From Utricularia gibba (taxonomy: Eukaryota > Plantae > Magnoliophyta), in NCBI GenBank assembly GCA_002189035.1, contig NEEC01000140.1, positions 1 to 27,470 of the forward strand: a stretch of 27,470 nt of DNA, given 5' to 3'. The notes beneath the pieces are model-generated. The model did not search any database. It was given only the letters and a program-made list of their open reading frames with translations, and was not told where the DNA came from. The position numbers and the translations under genes were made by a program. Shown in pieces: positions 11,974 through 23,206 of this stretch (positions are counted from its first letter, which is position 1; every line of letters begins with the position of its first letter).

Positions 11974-12292
11974 GGGTAGATGGGAGGCTGATGAGTGGAT
12001 CTGATGGCCCGGAGATGAGAGGAACAGGAGAGAATAGGGCAAACAGGCAAATTGTCAAGATGCAGACGAACAGGAAGAAGGTGAGTTGACAACAAATGGG
12101 CCATGGATCCCCGCTCGCCCTTATCAGTCTTTGTGCAGCTCTGCGCATTTTCATCCTCCCTTCACCTTTTCTGTTTTCAGAACCTTGGAGACCAAACCTC
12201 CATTTTCCTGCTCATTTCAGAAATAATCACATTTACCCACACCGCTGACCACAGATATATTTCACCCGCCTTCCATGAACTTTCCTCGTCCT

Positions 12293-12332
12293 GAAAAGGT
12301 GCATGGAATGATGGAAAACCATGCACCTTTTC
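12293..12332. promoter_or_regulatory. Perfect 14-bp inverted repeat with an RY (CATGCA) motif in each arm, upstream of the ALOG gene
   Basis: GAAAAGGTGCATGG (12293-12306), a 12-nt spacer, then CCATGCACCTTTTC (12319-12332). Confidence 0.6.
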
Positions 12333-12433
12333 TGTTGGGCTCAAAAACTGGCTTCGTGTGGGCCAAACACGCCTACTGTAGCCCAAATCTGAACCCCAAG
12401 CCGAACTGGAGGATCGAGCTGCTGCTGGAAAGA

Positions 12434-12449
12434 GTGTGTGTGTGTGTGT
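12434..12449. repeat. (GT)8 microsatellite
   Basis: Read directly from the sequence. Confidence 0.9.
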
Positions 12450-13149
12450 TTAAGAACATTTTCTCTGGAATTTAATCATATCAACAGTTTCTAAAAGACT
12501 TCACCGCTACACACCAGCATAATTAAGGAGCAAAACCCATGTAACAGGTTCAAGAGACTGAGAGCCAGCGCCTCTGCTCTTGCAAGACATCACCTATAAA
12601 AGTGGTAGCTAACTAAAGCCCTTTCGTAAAGCATCACCTGCACAGTTGCAAGGCTTCCCTTTCCTTCCATCTACGGTTAGTTCCTGCTGCCTGGAACAAG
12701 GCAAAAAAGTATCATTTTGAGACCTGAAAGCACATTCTTCTGCACACTGTTTACAGGCTTATCAGATCAAGATGAACTTCAGGGTGCGGTGGGGTGAGGT
12801 AATTTAAAGGACAAAAGCCTTGTGTTTGCTGTAGTAAAGACACATCAATGTGGAGTACTCAACAGTGTGATGCCAAGAACAAAATGGATCACAAAATTGC
12901 AATTTGCTCAATGACAATCACATCCCCTATTTTTGTTTATCAAGATTCACTCCAACTGGATTTCAGCATGCTCCTTGCTCATAAGCATTCAAATTCTTCA
13001 CAGTATTATGTTATAGTAAAGCAAGCCATAATCGTCTACTAAAACTTGAAAAAAATGAGCAGATCATGTAAGATTTAGCTGAATCAAGAAGACTCAGCAG
13101 CAACTGCAGAAAGCTAAAGTACAGATAAATTTGATGGATACTCACCATT

Positions 13150-14257
13150 TCAGGAGCTGGGTTTGGCACGCTTTAGCTTCTCAAGCCGGACTTGGCATTC
13201 AACAAACATTTGCATTCTCTGCAGCTCCAAGTCTTTAGTGAACTGAATCCTCTGTTTCTCCATCTCCACCATCTGCCGCTGCTTAGCTTCTTCGACCTTT
13301 TCATATATCTGCGCCAATTTGGATATCGATTCCGCCAATTTGGCATATCCTTCTCCAACCGATGACCCCTCTTCATGTGAAGGCCTTGATCTTTTCATAC
13401 CGGAAGAAGTCGCCGGCGGCAGCGTCGGAGGACGTCGCCATGAACTGGAATTGTGCTCTTCCTCTTCATTCTCCTCCCATCGTCGTAATATTCGTCTTCC
13501 TCTTCAGCCTCCATAGCCGCTGCCGCTGCTGCCATGACAGAGAAATTTCTTTCCGTGACAATTCCAGGCCCAGCCCTCTTTGACCTTGGCCCAACCGGCA
13601 CCGACCAGTGAGGGAGATGGTTTGCGACCGGATCTTTTCGACGGTGATTACTAATCGGAGACTTAGGGCCGTGCCGATCCACTGTGGAGGGAGATGACGA
13701 TTTTTCCGATGATGACGAGTCTCTCCGGCGAAGTTTCCCTGAATGACCATTGGCATCAGCGGTGTTGCCGTTAACCTTTGAGAAGGAGTGGCCGATGAAG
13801 GAGTCAAGGATCTGAAAGTGGGCCACGTGGAGATGTACCGGCCGCTGGATTGAGCAACCTTAGACTTCTCGATCTTGTACTTCTTCTTGATTGTGTCGAT
13901 TCGGTTCTTGCACTGGACATCGGTGCGTTTCAGCTTCGCTGTCGCGGCGTGACGAGCGTTGACGGCGTCGGAAACCGCTTGCCAGTGCTTTTGCCGGAGG
14001 TTTCCCCTGTTGAGTTGCAGATAGTGTGAACCCCATGCATCAATCAGCGTTCTAGTAGCGTCCTCCGACCAGCAATCTTCGCGATTAGGAAAACCGGGAT
14101 TCCGAACGGAAGCCGGCTGCTCTTCCGGCGAAACGTCGTTTTCCGGTGGAGACTCTGGTGGCGATGGAGCCACCTTCCCTTCGCCGGAGATTCGGCGTTC
14201 CGGCGACGGAGAGGCGGACTCCGTCGAAGAAGGAGTCGCTAGGGCTCGAGAAGACAT
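13150..14257 (-). CDS. ASIL-like: Trihelix transcription factor, ASIL/SIP1 clade (2 frameshifts)
   Basis: Myb/SANT-like domain [37 protein letters not shown]...[22 protein letters not shown]-terminal coiled coil [45 protein letters not shown]. Intronless. Restoring one base at 13820-13822 and one at 13476-13478 gives a single stop-free ORF. Confidence 0.93.
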
Positions 14258-15213
14258 GTCGTTGTTTTGCGGCCGTGGTGACCGCTTTGGAAATTGGAGG
14301 ACCGGCTTCAGGGAACAACCCCGGCGAAGGGTTAATTAAATCAGCAATTCGAATTATTTTCTTTTTCCCCCCTGCACTTTAATATTTTCGTTTCTAGTCC
14401 TCCTCTTTGAAACAATTTCCCTTTCGCCTCAAATCTGTGCCCATTTCCCCCTTACTCCTCCTTTTCTTCCCCTTCTCTACTCGAGACCCCATCCTCCGAC
14501 AACAATCATTGAATCACGTGCAAAATATAACATCCCACGTAATTTTATTTTTCCATAAATAAAATCTATAATGATCCAAGTCCCCTTCAACAATCCACAA
14601 ATTACAAAACAACCCATAGGCCTCAATCTCTTGGAAAAAAAACTCGATCTCAAGTGAATTAAAGAAATAAGGTTGTTGAATTTTTTTGAAAAAATATCAT
14701 TTTTTTAAATAATGCAATAAATAGAAATAAAATATAATATGATCCAATGAACCATATGGAGTCGCAGTCAAAAAGTAAAAAGAACGCATGAGAAATTGTT
14801 TTATAACCACACGTTTTTTCCTCATAGGGAAAGTATTATTTTATTATACAAAGTTGAGAAAAATACTGATTCTGGCCACCAACTTTATTATATTCTCAAT
14901 TGGTGTCACGCTAAATGAAAAATCTCATTATGCGCTAGGTTTTTTTTTTTTTTGAGAGGAAAAAACATGCACACTTTTTTTAGTTATCGATTTTATATTT
15001 AAAATGTCTAAGTCCAAAATTCAATTTTTTGAAAAACTAAAAATATAAAAAGAAGATTTCATGAAATGGCTTACAAAATTCTGTTCAATAATTAAAATAA
15101 TTTAGTAATGATTATTACAATATTTTAGTCGAATTTAATATAATTTATCAAATAATTTTAAAAATATATAATTTATTATGATCAAATTGGTGTTTAATTT
15201 AAAGAAGGTTTAG

Positions 15214-15272
15214 ACAAACATGCGGCTGCGTGACCGTTCTACCCACCTGTTGCCCGCCGGCCGTATGTTTGT
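15214..15272. repeat. Short GC-rich inverted repeat in an AT-rich intergenic region
   Basis: ACAAACATGCGGC (15214-15226) and GCCGTATGTTTGT (15260-15272) are complementary at 12/13 positions. Confidence 0.55.
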
Positions 15273-15387
15273 TTGTTTTTTTAATATAAATTAACGAATG
15301 TAAATTAAATAATATAAATAAATATATCTATCAATTATATAATTATTTTAAATCCAAATAATCATAAATAATACATTATTATTTATC

Positions 15388-15635
15388 ATGTGTTTGATAT
15401 AAATATTTATAATTAAAATTTACAGGTAATATTATTAAAATACATATAATTAACTATTTATTATATGATTGAAAAAAAATATAATATCCTAAAATCACCC
15501 CATATATGAGTTTGTATTTTATTATAAATGAAAAGTTAAATAAAAAAATTGGCGAGATATCCAATTCATGATGTGGTATATTATTAAGATTTGTTATTTA
15601 TTATAAAACCATCTTTCACATCCTATCAAACGCAT
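15388..15635. mobile_element. Possible Tourist/PIF-Harbinger-like MITE relic
   Basis: ATGTGTTTGATA (15388-15399) and TATCAAACGCAT (15624-15635) are inverted at 11/12 around an AT-rich interior. The nearby trinucleotides TTA and TAA are not an identical TSD. Confidence 0.3.
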
Positions 15636-16096
15636 CCTAATAATTTTGACTTGTGTCATACAATAAACATTTAACTTGAGTATTTAATTATTATAAAAAA
15701 ACGTGTTATTAGAAAGAGATTGATTTACTAATATCTGAATTTTAAAAGTTTTAATTTGAATAATATGTATATTGATTATGCGCTGGTACAAGTAATTTGG
15801 GGGAAAAAACAATTGCTCTGAAACCCATGAAATTGTTTCCCAGTTTTCATTACTTTCATTTGGACCCAGAAACTCTCAAAATCTTCTGTCAAACCTCTCA
15901 ACTATTGGAAATTACGGACCTCAACTTTGGCAATTTGCTTTTTATGCCTTTGCTTGGACTCTCACATTCGCCGGTGGGGAAGAGACTTGCCAGGTGCGAC
16001 CTTTTTCTCCTTCCCTACTTCATTTTGTTTTTCTGATTCTCGAAATTTCAGTAGCTGTCGGAATCCGGAATCCTGCGATTGTCTCTTGGATCGCCG

Positions 16097-17782
16097 ATGG
16101 CACCTTCCATGGATCGGGAAACCGCCGTGTACCTCGCTAGACTTGCCGAGCAAGCGGAGCGATATGATGGTGAAATTTATGCCTTTTGAACTCTGTCTTC
16201 TGGTGTTTTTGATTTGATGTGGTTTTCTTTTTTCATTTTAGTGTTAATTATTTATTCTGATCTTTGGGGAAATTATGAATGAGCGAAGTCGTGAGATATC
16301 TCATATTTGGATCAATTTGTTGTGTGGTAGCTTGTGTATTTCGCACTGCGAGAAGTAAGTTAAACTCATCGTTGTGTAGTGTTTTTTTTTTCCTTTTTGT
16401 CTGAAGAGGAAGGATATATTATTGGGTAAAAAATAGCATTACTTCCATGTTTTTCAAGCCAAAACACTGCAGCTATCAGATGCTTTTACTTCAGTATGTA
16501 TTCTTTCTTAACTCATATTTTGTTAAGGGTATATGTTCCTTCTTGAATTACCTGAAGAGAAGTATGCAGTAGCTTTTATTTTTCCTAGAAAACTGATCGC
16601 CTAAGCAGGACTTCTGATACTATGAGAATTGGATTTCATGTTGCAGAAATGGTTGAGACTATGAAAGTGGTGGCTCAGATGGGTGTGGAATTGACAGTAG
16701 AGGAGAGGAACTTGCTCTCAGTGGGCTATAAGAATGTAGTTGGGTCTCGAAGGGCGTCTTGGAGAATATTGTCATCCATTGAGCACAAGGAGGAATCTAG
16801 AGGAAATGAGCAACACGTCAAACAGATCAAAGAGTATCGCCATAAGGTGGAGGCAGAGCTCACCAATATCTGCAGTGAAATAATGACGCTTATTGATGGA
16901 CATCTTATTCCTGCTTGCACAACTGGTGAATCCACTGTGTTTTACTACAAGATGTGAGAGTCCTATACTAATGTAACGCTTGATTCTGCCTGATTTCGTG
17001 TTAACTGTTTTTTTTTTTTTTTTTTTGGTTTGTTAGGAAAGGAGATTACTATAGGTACCTTGCTGAATTCAAGACCCGTAATGATAGGAAGGAGGTGGCT
17101 GATCTGTCACAGGAAGCTTATGAGGTATATGCTGCGCCCGTTTGCATGCTTAATGGCTATAGAAATTGTTCGCTGTGTGTTTGCTGCATATGGTTTGAAA
17201 ATTCATGCTATTTAATCATCTTGAATTGTCAATGAATTTTAGACTTTTTAGTCTAATTGATCCGTATATTTTTTTATCCACTGAAAAACCGGCTTTGCAT
17301 TTGTCCTTGCTGATAGAATGCAACGAAAGCAGCTGAGGCAGAGCTTCCACCAACCCACCCAATCCGCTTGGGTTTGGCTTTAAATTATTCAGTGTTCTAC
17401 TATGAAATCTTGTATTCTCCTGAAAGGTTTGTCTTGCTGCCAATTTATGAAAACGATTCTCTTTTCTTAGCTTTTAAACTCACTCCACTCTCTTTTCAGG
17501 GCATGCCACCTTGCAAAGCAAGCATTTGATGAAGCAGTTTCTGAGCTTGATACCTTGGGTGAGGAATCATACAAAGATAGCACCTTGATCATGCAACTCC
17601 TTAGGGACAATCTGACGCTGTGGACCTCTGACATCACAGATGAAGCAGGTTAAATTCAAATTTCCAATTGCACCTTCCTTCTCCCACCACCGCAATCACT
17701 TGAAAACTAAAACACATACATATCTGCAGATGAACCCCAAAAGTCAGATACTGCCACCAAAGACGGCGCCGTGGTACCATAA
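16097..17782 (+). CDS. GRF: 14-3-3 protein, epsilon group
   Basis: Exons 16097-16169, 16647-16953, 17037-17124, 17317-17426, 17500-17648 and 17730-17782. Motifs [56 protein letters not shown] and [21 protein letters not shown]. The multi-intron structure fits the epsilon group. The last exon end is less certain. Confidence 0.96.
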
Positions 17783-18822
17783 TACACTCTCAAAAGCCTT
17801 CATAGTTACCAAACCAGTATAGAGTAACTCTTCTGGCACTTTTGCAGTGAAGTAGCACGTGCTTACCATCATGACAATGGCCTCCAGTACCCATGGTGGA
17901 GTCCAAGGTTTTCTTCTGAACCGTTCATCATCCCATGTTGGTTTTCCTGCCATTCCGCTCTCCATCGATTCCATCGTCTGTCTTATTTCTTTAAGAAGAA
18001 CCCCGGTTTGTTTTTGCATTTGTCCTAGTGTGTGGCTCATAGGTGGTTTTATTTTAGCGACTGCCTTTGCCAGAGGCTTTGCATTCCCCTTGTGGTGTAC
18101 CAGTCTCCTGGTTTGCTCTACGTCAAATACATATTATATGTATCCCCAGTATCCTATTCCTATTCCGATTCCTGATTCATGTTGTGGTGCCTGTTTGTCA
18201 GGGAGAGAGCATAGCATTTTCTCCATATCTTCTTCCCCTTCGGCACCTTCCTTTATTCGGTTTGGAATTGTTCCCAAATGCTCATAACCATTCTGTATGC
18301 GTATCTGTGGTGCTCAACGCTTCAGTTTTCACCGGAAAATTGAATCCGATCGGTTAATCCGTTGAAGGAAAATCTATCGGTTTGATTGGTTTCTGGATTT
18401 TTGGGGTATTAATTTTATGTGTGGCCTAGATTCAAAGCACTAATGGATTATGATGGTAAGTTTTTATTACTAAATATTTTGAATATGAAAAGAGGATCAT
18501 GTATAGGAGGATGAAATCTGTGAGAGAACATATTCAAGAAATCCGTACATTTGGGTGCTCCATTGTCTTGACTCGTCATCAGGTAGAGACCGCATATCCC
18601 AGAATCATCCCCCGTCTAACGGAAGCTTCCAATTCCCGATGCTGCCATCAGGGCCGCGTCTTCCCTGAAAAAGAATAATTGTTCTGTTGCACGAACAAAA
18701 GATAAACAACCCCTTTTTTTCCCGCTTTCATTGGCGGGGAATCAATCCCCTTCCCTATATATTGATTGACAAGGTTTCCCAGGTTTCCTGCGCACTCCCA
18801 GGAACTTGTCGTTGCCTCCGCC

Positions 18823-20639
18823 ATGGAGAATTCGGCTGAGATATCGGCAGTTATCTTTGATTTGGATGGGACACTTGTGAACACAGGTAACTAGCTATCT
18901 GGGTTGTTGGTTTTTCGAACTGGGCTGCGACCAAATCGTGTGTTTGTGTGTGTTTTCCACAGAGCAGGTGACGAAGCATGTCGTGAAGGAGCTGTTGGGT
19001 AGATATGGGAAAGTGCAGGATCCTGAGAAGGAGAAGAGGAGGCTGGGTATGACTTTCAATGAGTCCGCTGTGTCGATCGTGAATGACTATGATCTTCCAT
19101 TGACGCCGGAAGAATATATGCAGGAGATAATCCCTCTCTACCAGGGGAAGTAAGCCTCCTTCTTCTGCATTGTAGAATTCAGTTAGCTGCTACGATGGAG
19201 GAGTTTGATCTTGTGACTGGAACTCTGCACTCTTCTTTTGTATGCAAGGTGGGTACTGGCCAAAGCACTCCCGGTGCAAACCGTCTCATGGTTCATCTTC
19301 AGAAGCATGGGATTCCATTTGCGCTTGCTTCCAATTCCCTGCGGAGGAATATCGATGGGAAGATTTCTCATCATACTGGTAAGTTACCTGCAGGCTTGCT
19401 TGCTTTCAACTCTGATGTTTGAGCTTCAGGCACTTGAATGTCGTGCTCTGGATTCCCTTAGGTTGGAGTGAAAGGTTTGCTGTGATTCTCGGGAGTGATC
19501 AAGTGAAATCAGGGAAACCTTCTCCGGACATGTAGCCATCCATCTCTCTGTGTCCACAGTTTGGCAATCCAGTCTAATGTGCTTCTCTGCATGTTCAGAT
19601 TTCTGGAGGCTGCGAAGACAATGGGAATGGATCCATTTCATAGCCTGGTGATCGAGGACTCCATGTAAGATGACAGGAAGCCTTCAAGAATCTGATGAGG
19701 TTACTCATGATGGGATCATCTTTTGTGTGCAGTGTTGGTGTGAGGGCCGGAAAGGCAGCTGGAATGAAGGTCGTAGCCGTGCCGTCGCTTTGGACGGACT
19801 CCGATTCATATTTGATTGCTGATTCTGTACTTCACTCACTCCTACAGTTCGATCCTGCGCAATGGGGTCTCCCACAATTTGATGACTGTATTATGCTGCT
19901 CATTCATCTTTCAAAGATCACTCACCGCTTTTTTCTTACCACCGGTGAGTTATTGATGGGAATGCCATCCTCGTTGCAGGGATTGATGATGCTTTGCCTA
20001 TTGAACCAATTCATCTCTTTGGAGCATTCAGCAAAGGGCTTTTCCACCATCACTCAGGTTTGATCTGCATAGATTTCTAGTGCATGACACTCCTAAAAGC
20101 TTGAGGTTCAAGAGCATTTTAAGCAGCCATTCCCTTTTGCTGGTTGTCATTTCCTCCTCCAGATAATGAACTGTCACTTCCTGAACAAATCTGGGGACTG
20201 CATGTTGGCTGGGTAAAGTTTGAAGGCTCAAGGGTCTCCAAATCAGTAATAAGCATTGGCTTTAGCCATAGTTGCTGCGGTGGCTCCAAGAGAAGAATAG
20301 TGAGTGCTTGGTTATAGAAATACCATATATTTCAAGCTCAATCTCTAATTCATCCTACTTCCAGCAAACATGTGTTTTAGACGAAATCGATGACAACAAG
20401 AAGACTACTCAAATGGTGATCACTGGGTACCTCAAGAGATCCATCACTGCGGTATGGTTGTGTTCCAAATCTTCCACTTTTGGCTGCTGTGTTCCAGTTC
20501 CTGAGTGGTGAGGTTTGTTTAGGGCAATGGAGTGCAGAGCATTGACATTGTTGAGGAAGACAAATGGAGTGCTGAAGCTGCATTGAAGTTATCTGCATTT
20601 TCACATAAAGTATGCAAATCCTTCTTCCATGAGGAGTAG
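18823..20639 (+). CDS. HAD-family phosphatase fused to a degenerate riboflavin-kinase-like domain (FHY/RFK-like paralog; one frameshift at ~19271)
   Basis: Exons 18823-18886, 18963-19149, 19249-19378, 19462-19531, 19599-19664, 19733-19887, 19980-20057, 20163-20299, 20365-20451 and 20523-20639, all GT-AG and phase-compatible. HAD motifs FDLDGT, ASNS, GKPSPD and IEDS. WGLPQFDDWID linker, then RFK-like segments GWVKF, SIGF and TGYLK. Confidence 0.9.
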
Positions 20640-20871
20640 TAAGTAATTCATGCTCTGTATTTTTATTATTTTTCAGACTATTTAGAATAAAGAATTATTC
20701 TAGTTATCCTTCAACCAGGAGTAAATTGGAATTATTGGAAAGTAGAGGGTGGTAGGTGTAATTCAAATAATTATTAGCACTAGATTCGATGAAATCAAAC
20801 CCTAGATCTCTGCGGGATAGATACAGATATCATGTACGTCTCGCCATCACCGGCCAAAAATTCGGATTACC

Positions 20872-21536
20872 TCATAGCATCACCAAGGCTATCGCTCCAA
20901 AAAGAAGAATTTCAGATGATCGCCAGTACCGATTCCGCGATATCGATCCACTGGTGCTGAAATCTTGGGCGTCGGAGTACACCGTCACCGATCCATTCAC
21001 GCTTCCGTCGTCGGAGTTCAGGCTGCTGCACACCTGAATGTAAGATCGATGAACAGAGTGTAATTCGGAAGCAAAATCGTCTCACCTTGGTGGATATCTG
21101 CAATTATTGTGACCTACATCGAGATGCAGATCTGTTAATTGAACAAATCGATTCACAAATTGAAATGGACTAGGGTTTGTCGGAAGTTGTGATTACTCGG
21201 GTTGAGGGACGTGAGCGCCGCAGTGTTGGCGAAATTGCAGTTCTCGTCGGAGGGGCCGTGCTTGAGGAAATAATCGTTGAAGACGAACGACGCCGTGCGA
21301 CGGATGTCGTAAGCATCGTAGCAAGCGCCACCGAGTTGGATGGGACTGCAATCGGCTCCGCCAGCGCTGCAAGCCCAGTCGATCGCCGATTGGAGAGCGG
21401 CGTCCGCGGCGTTGTTCTTAGCGACACACCACAGCTTCCTTCCCGCCGCGACGGCTCCTCCCTGGGCTGCCGATGGTGAACAAGAGAGCCAGAAGACGAG
21501 CAAAAGGTAACCGGCGGCGAATAGTAGCGATCCCAT
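20872..21536 (-). CDS. PDCB: X8-domain plasmodesmata callose-binding protein (PDCB-like), predicted signal peptide and GPI/TM tail
   Basis: Exons 21536-21197, 21113-21086 and 21025-20872. Hydrophobic N-terminus, X8 domain LWCVAKNNA...QSAIDWAC..GGADCSPIQLGGACY...NCNFANTAALTSLNPSHNNCRYP, Ser-rich linker and tail ILLFGAIALVML*. Confidence 0.92.
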
Positions 21537-21860
21537 TTACTGCAGTGGGTAAGTTACTGAACGATGAAGAAAATTGACAAAAGGATCGATCAGCTACGGA
21601 GTAGCCGTTAAAAGACGTGGAACATACGTGAAAAATGCCGTCCAAAAAATATATATTATTCTACATTACACATATTAAAAAGAAAATCGTAACGGGCACA
21701 TCGGAAGAGCCGCACTCGTCGATTGAACGCGTCTATCTTCTGTTATCATTAACAATTTATTTTAATTTTAAATAAAAATGGATTAATCAACAAATTAAAA
21801 CATTTTTCCTTATGTAAATCCAAGGTCTTTGATGATTATGGTATATCATATTGGTCACAT

Positions 21861-22705
21861 ATAAAAAAGAAAAACGTGTTTAAATAGAAGTATCCTTTTA
21901 ATATTACATGAAATATTTTTTTTAGATGAATAACATAAAATCGTAAGGATTAAATATTTTAAGTGGATGTTAAACCTAAGATCATGCTAATGGTGAAATG
22001 AGGTGATACTCAAAGATAAGAAGGGAATAAATATAATGTTGTTGTGATTGAAAATTGACAATGAGGCGGGATTGATTTCTGGGTTACGGGCGAAGGTGCA
22101 CGTGTTGGATCGGATTTGAATGTAAGCGTTTTGGATGAAACGATGCGGATGATAGGAATGAAAATAGATTGGGATTTTAACGTAGAAACCGTCAAAGAAT
22201 GGAAAAACCATAAAATTGTTGGAGCTCGTCGGAAGATGGTTTATCAGACAGAGGTAGAGAAAAGATACAAATTAAAAAGCTGGGAGTTTAACTCTTTCTT
22301 CCTTAGGGTTTTTTATATTTATAAAGGAGCCTAATTCGATCGAATTTTGAATCTTATAGATGTCAACTATTTTCTACGTCTGCCAACCGTATCATAGTCC
22401 TATAATCGGATAATTGTCGACTATTCTTACATTGTCGTAATTTGGTTACTTTTCAGACTATCCAAAATGACCATTACTGGCAAACTATGATACTTGTCGA
22501 TCTGTCGACCTGTGCCAGTTTATTAGGGCATCTTTTAGCTCCTTTTAGTAGTCGATTTAGATCGCATCAAATGTAAAGTTCTTTGTGATGGTTATTATAT
22601 TCTACATTAGTTATAAACGAGGAAAAAGACGTGTTTAAATAGAGATATCATCTTAATCTTATATGATGTTTTTTCTCCAAAAGAAGATAACATAAAACCA
22701 TAAGG
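21861..22705. repeat. Degenerate ~90-bp direct repeat pair (about 21861-21948 and 22612-22705)
   Basis: Shared anchors ACGTGTTTAAATAGA (21874, 22629), ATAACATAAAA (21930, 22687) and TAAGG (21944, 22701), in the same order and with similar spacing. Confidence 0.7.
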
Positions 22706-23206
22706 GTTGGGTGTTCAAAATGGACAATATTATAATGAGTCATAACACTTAAGCCTGTTAGATTATTTTAATATAATCTAATTTTTTATTAATTCACATT
22801 TGATAGTCAATTACATAAAAAAAACTCATCTCATGATGAATTAAAAATTGAATTTAAATAAAATAAACAATTAGCTAATTTCATTTGAAGTACATAAAAT
22901 GATCTTGAAAACTACATACATGATTTGAGCATGATGTATGAAGCCTTTGACATAAATCATTTTGAAAAATACTTATCTTGTATTTCTATCATATACATGA
23001 AGATAAAAAAATGATCGTTTTTTTTTCACACAAAATATGATCATCGCTTGCTATATCATCCTTTTGCACGATGCCAACGTAGATGGGCATTTGAATGAAT
23101 AGCAATACGACCTCACCAGCCTTGAAATCCTCTTGTAAGACTGAATGTTGTCTAAAATAAGAAAGATATGAAAGCAATGAGCAAAGATGACTGACTGGTT
23201 CTATTC

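Noticed and set aside
11604-12104. 166-aa ORF taken as the ALOG protein
   Set aside because: It contains only the central ALOG block. The conserved N-terminal [11 protein letters not shown] and C-terminal NPF...KARG segments are in other frames, joined by homopolymer frameshifts.
17744-18357. ORFs of 96-142 aa downstream of the 14-3-3 gene
   Set aside because: They lie in the expected 3' UTR and terminator region, have low-complexity composition and show no family motif.
18592-18599. P1BS (GCATATCC) upstream of the HAD phosphatase
   Set aside because: A single degenerate 8-mer is expected by chance and is not enough to claim phosphate-starvation control.
2673-21536. The seven genes as a functional or biosynthetic cluster
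   Set aside because: The families are unrelated (FMO, two transcription factors, 14-3-3, phosphatase, X8 protein), with no shared pathway or shared regulatory signature.
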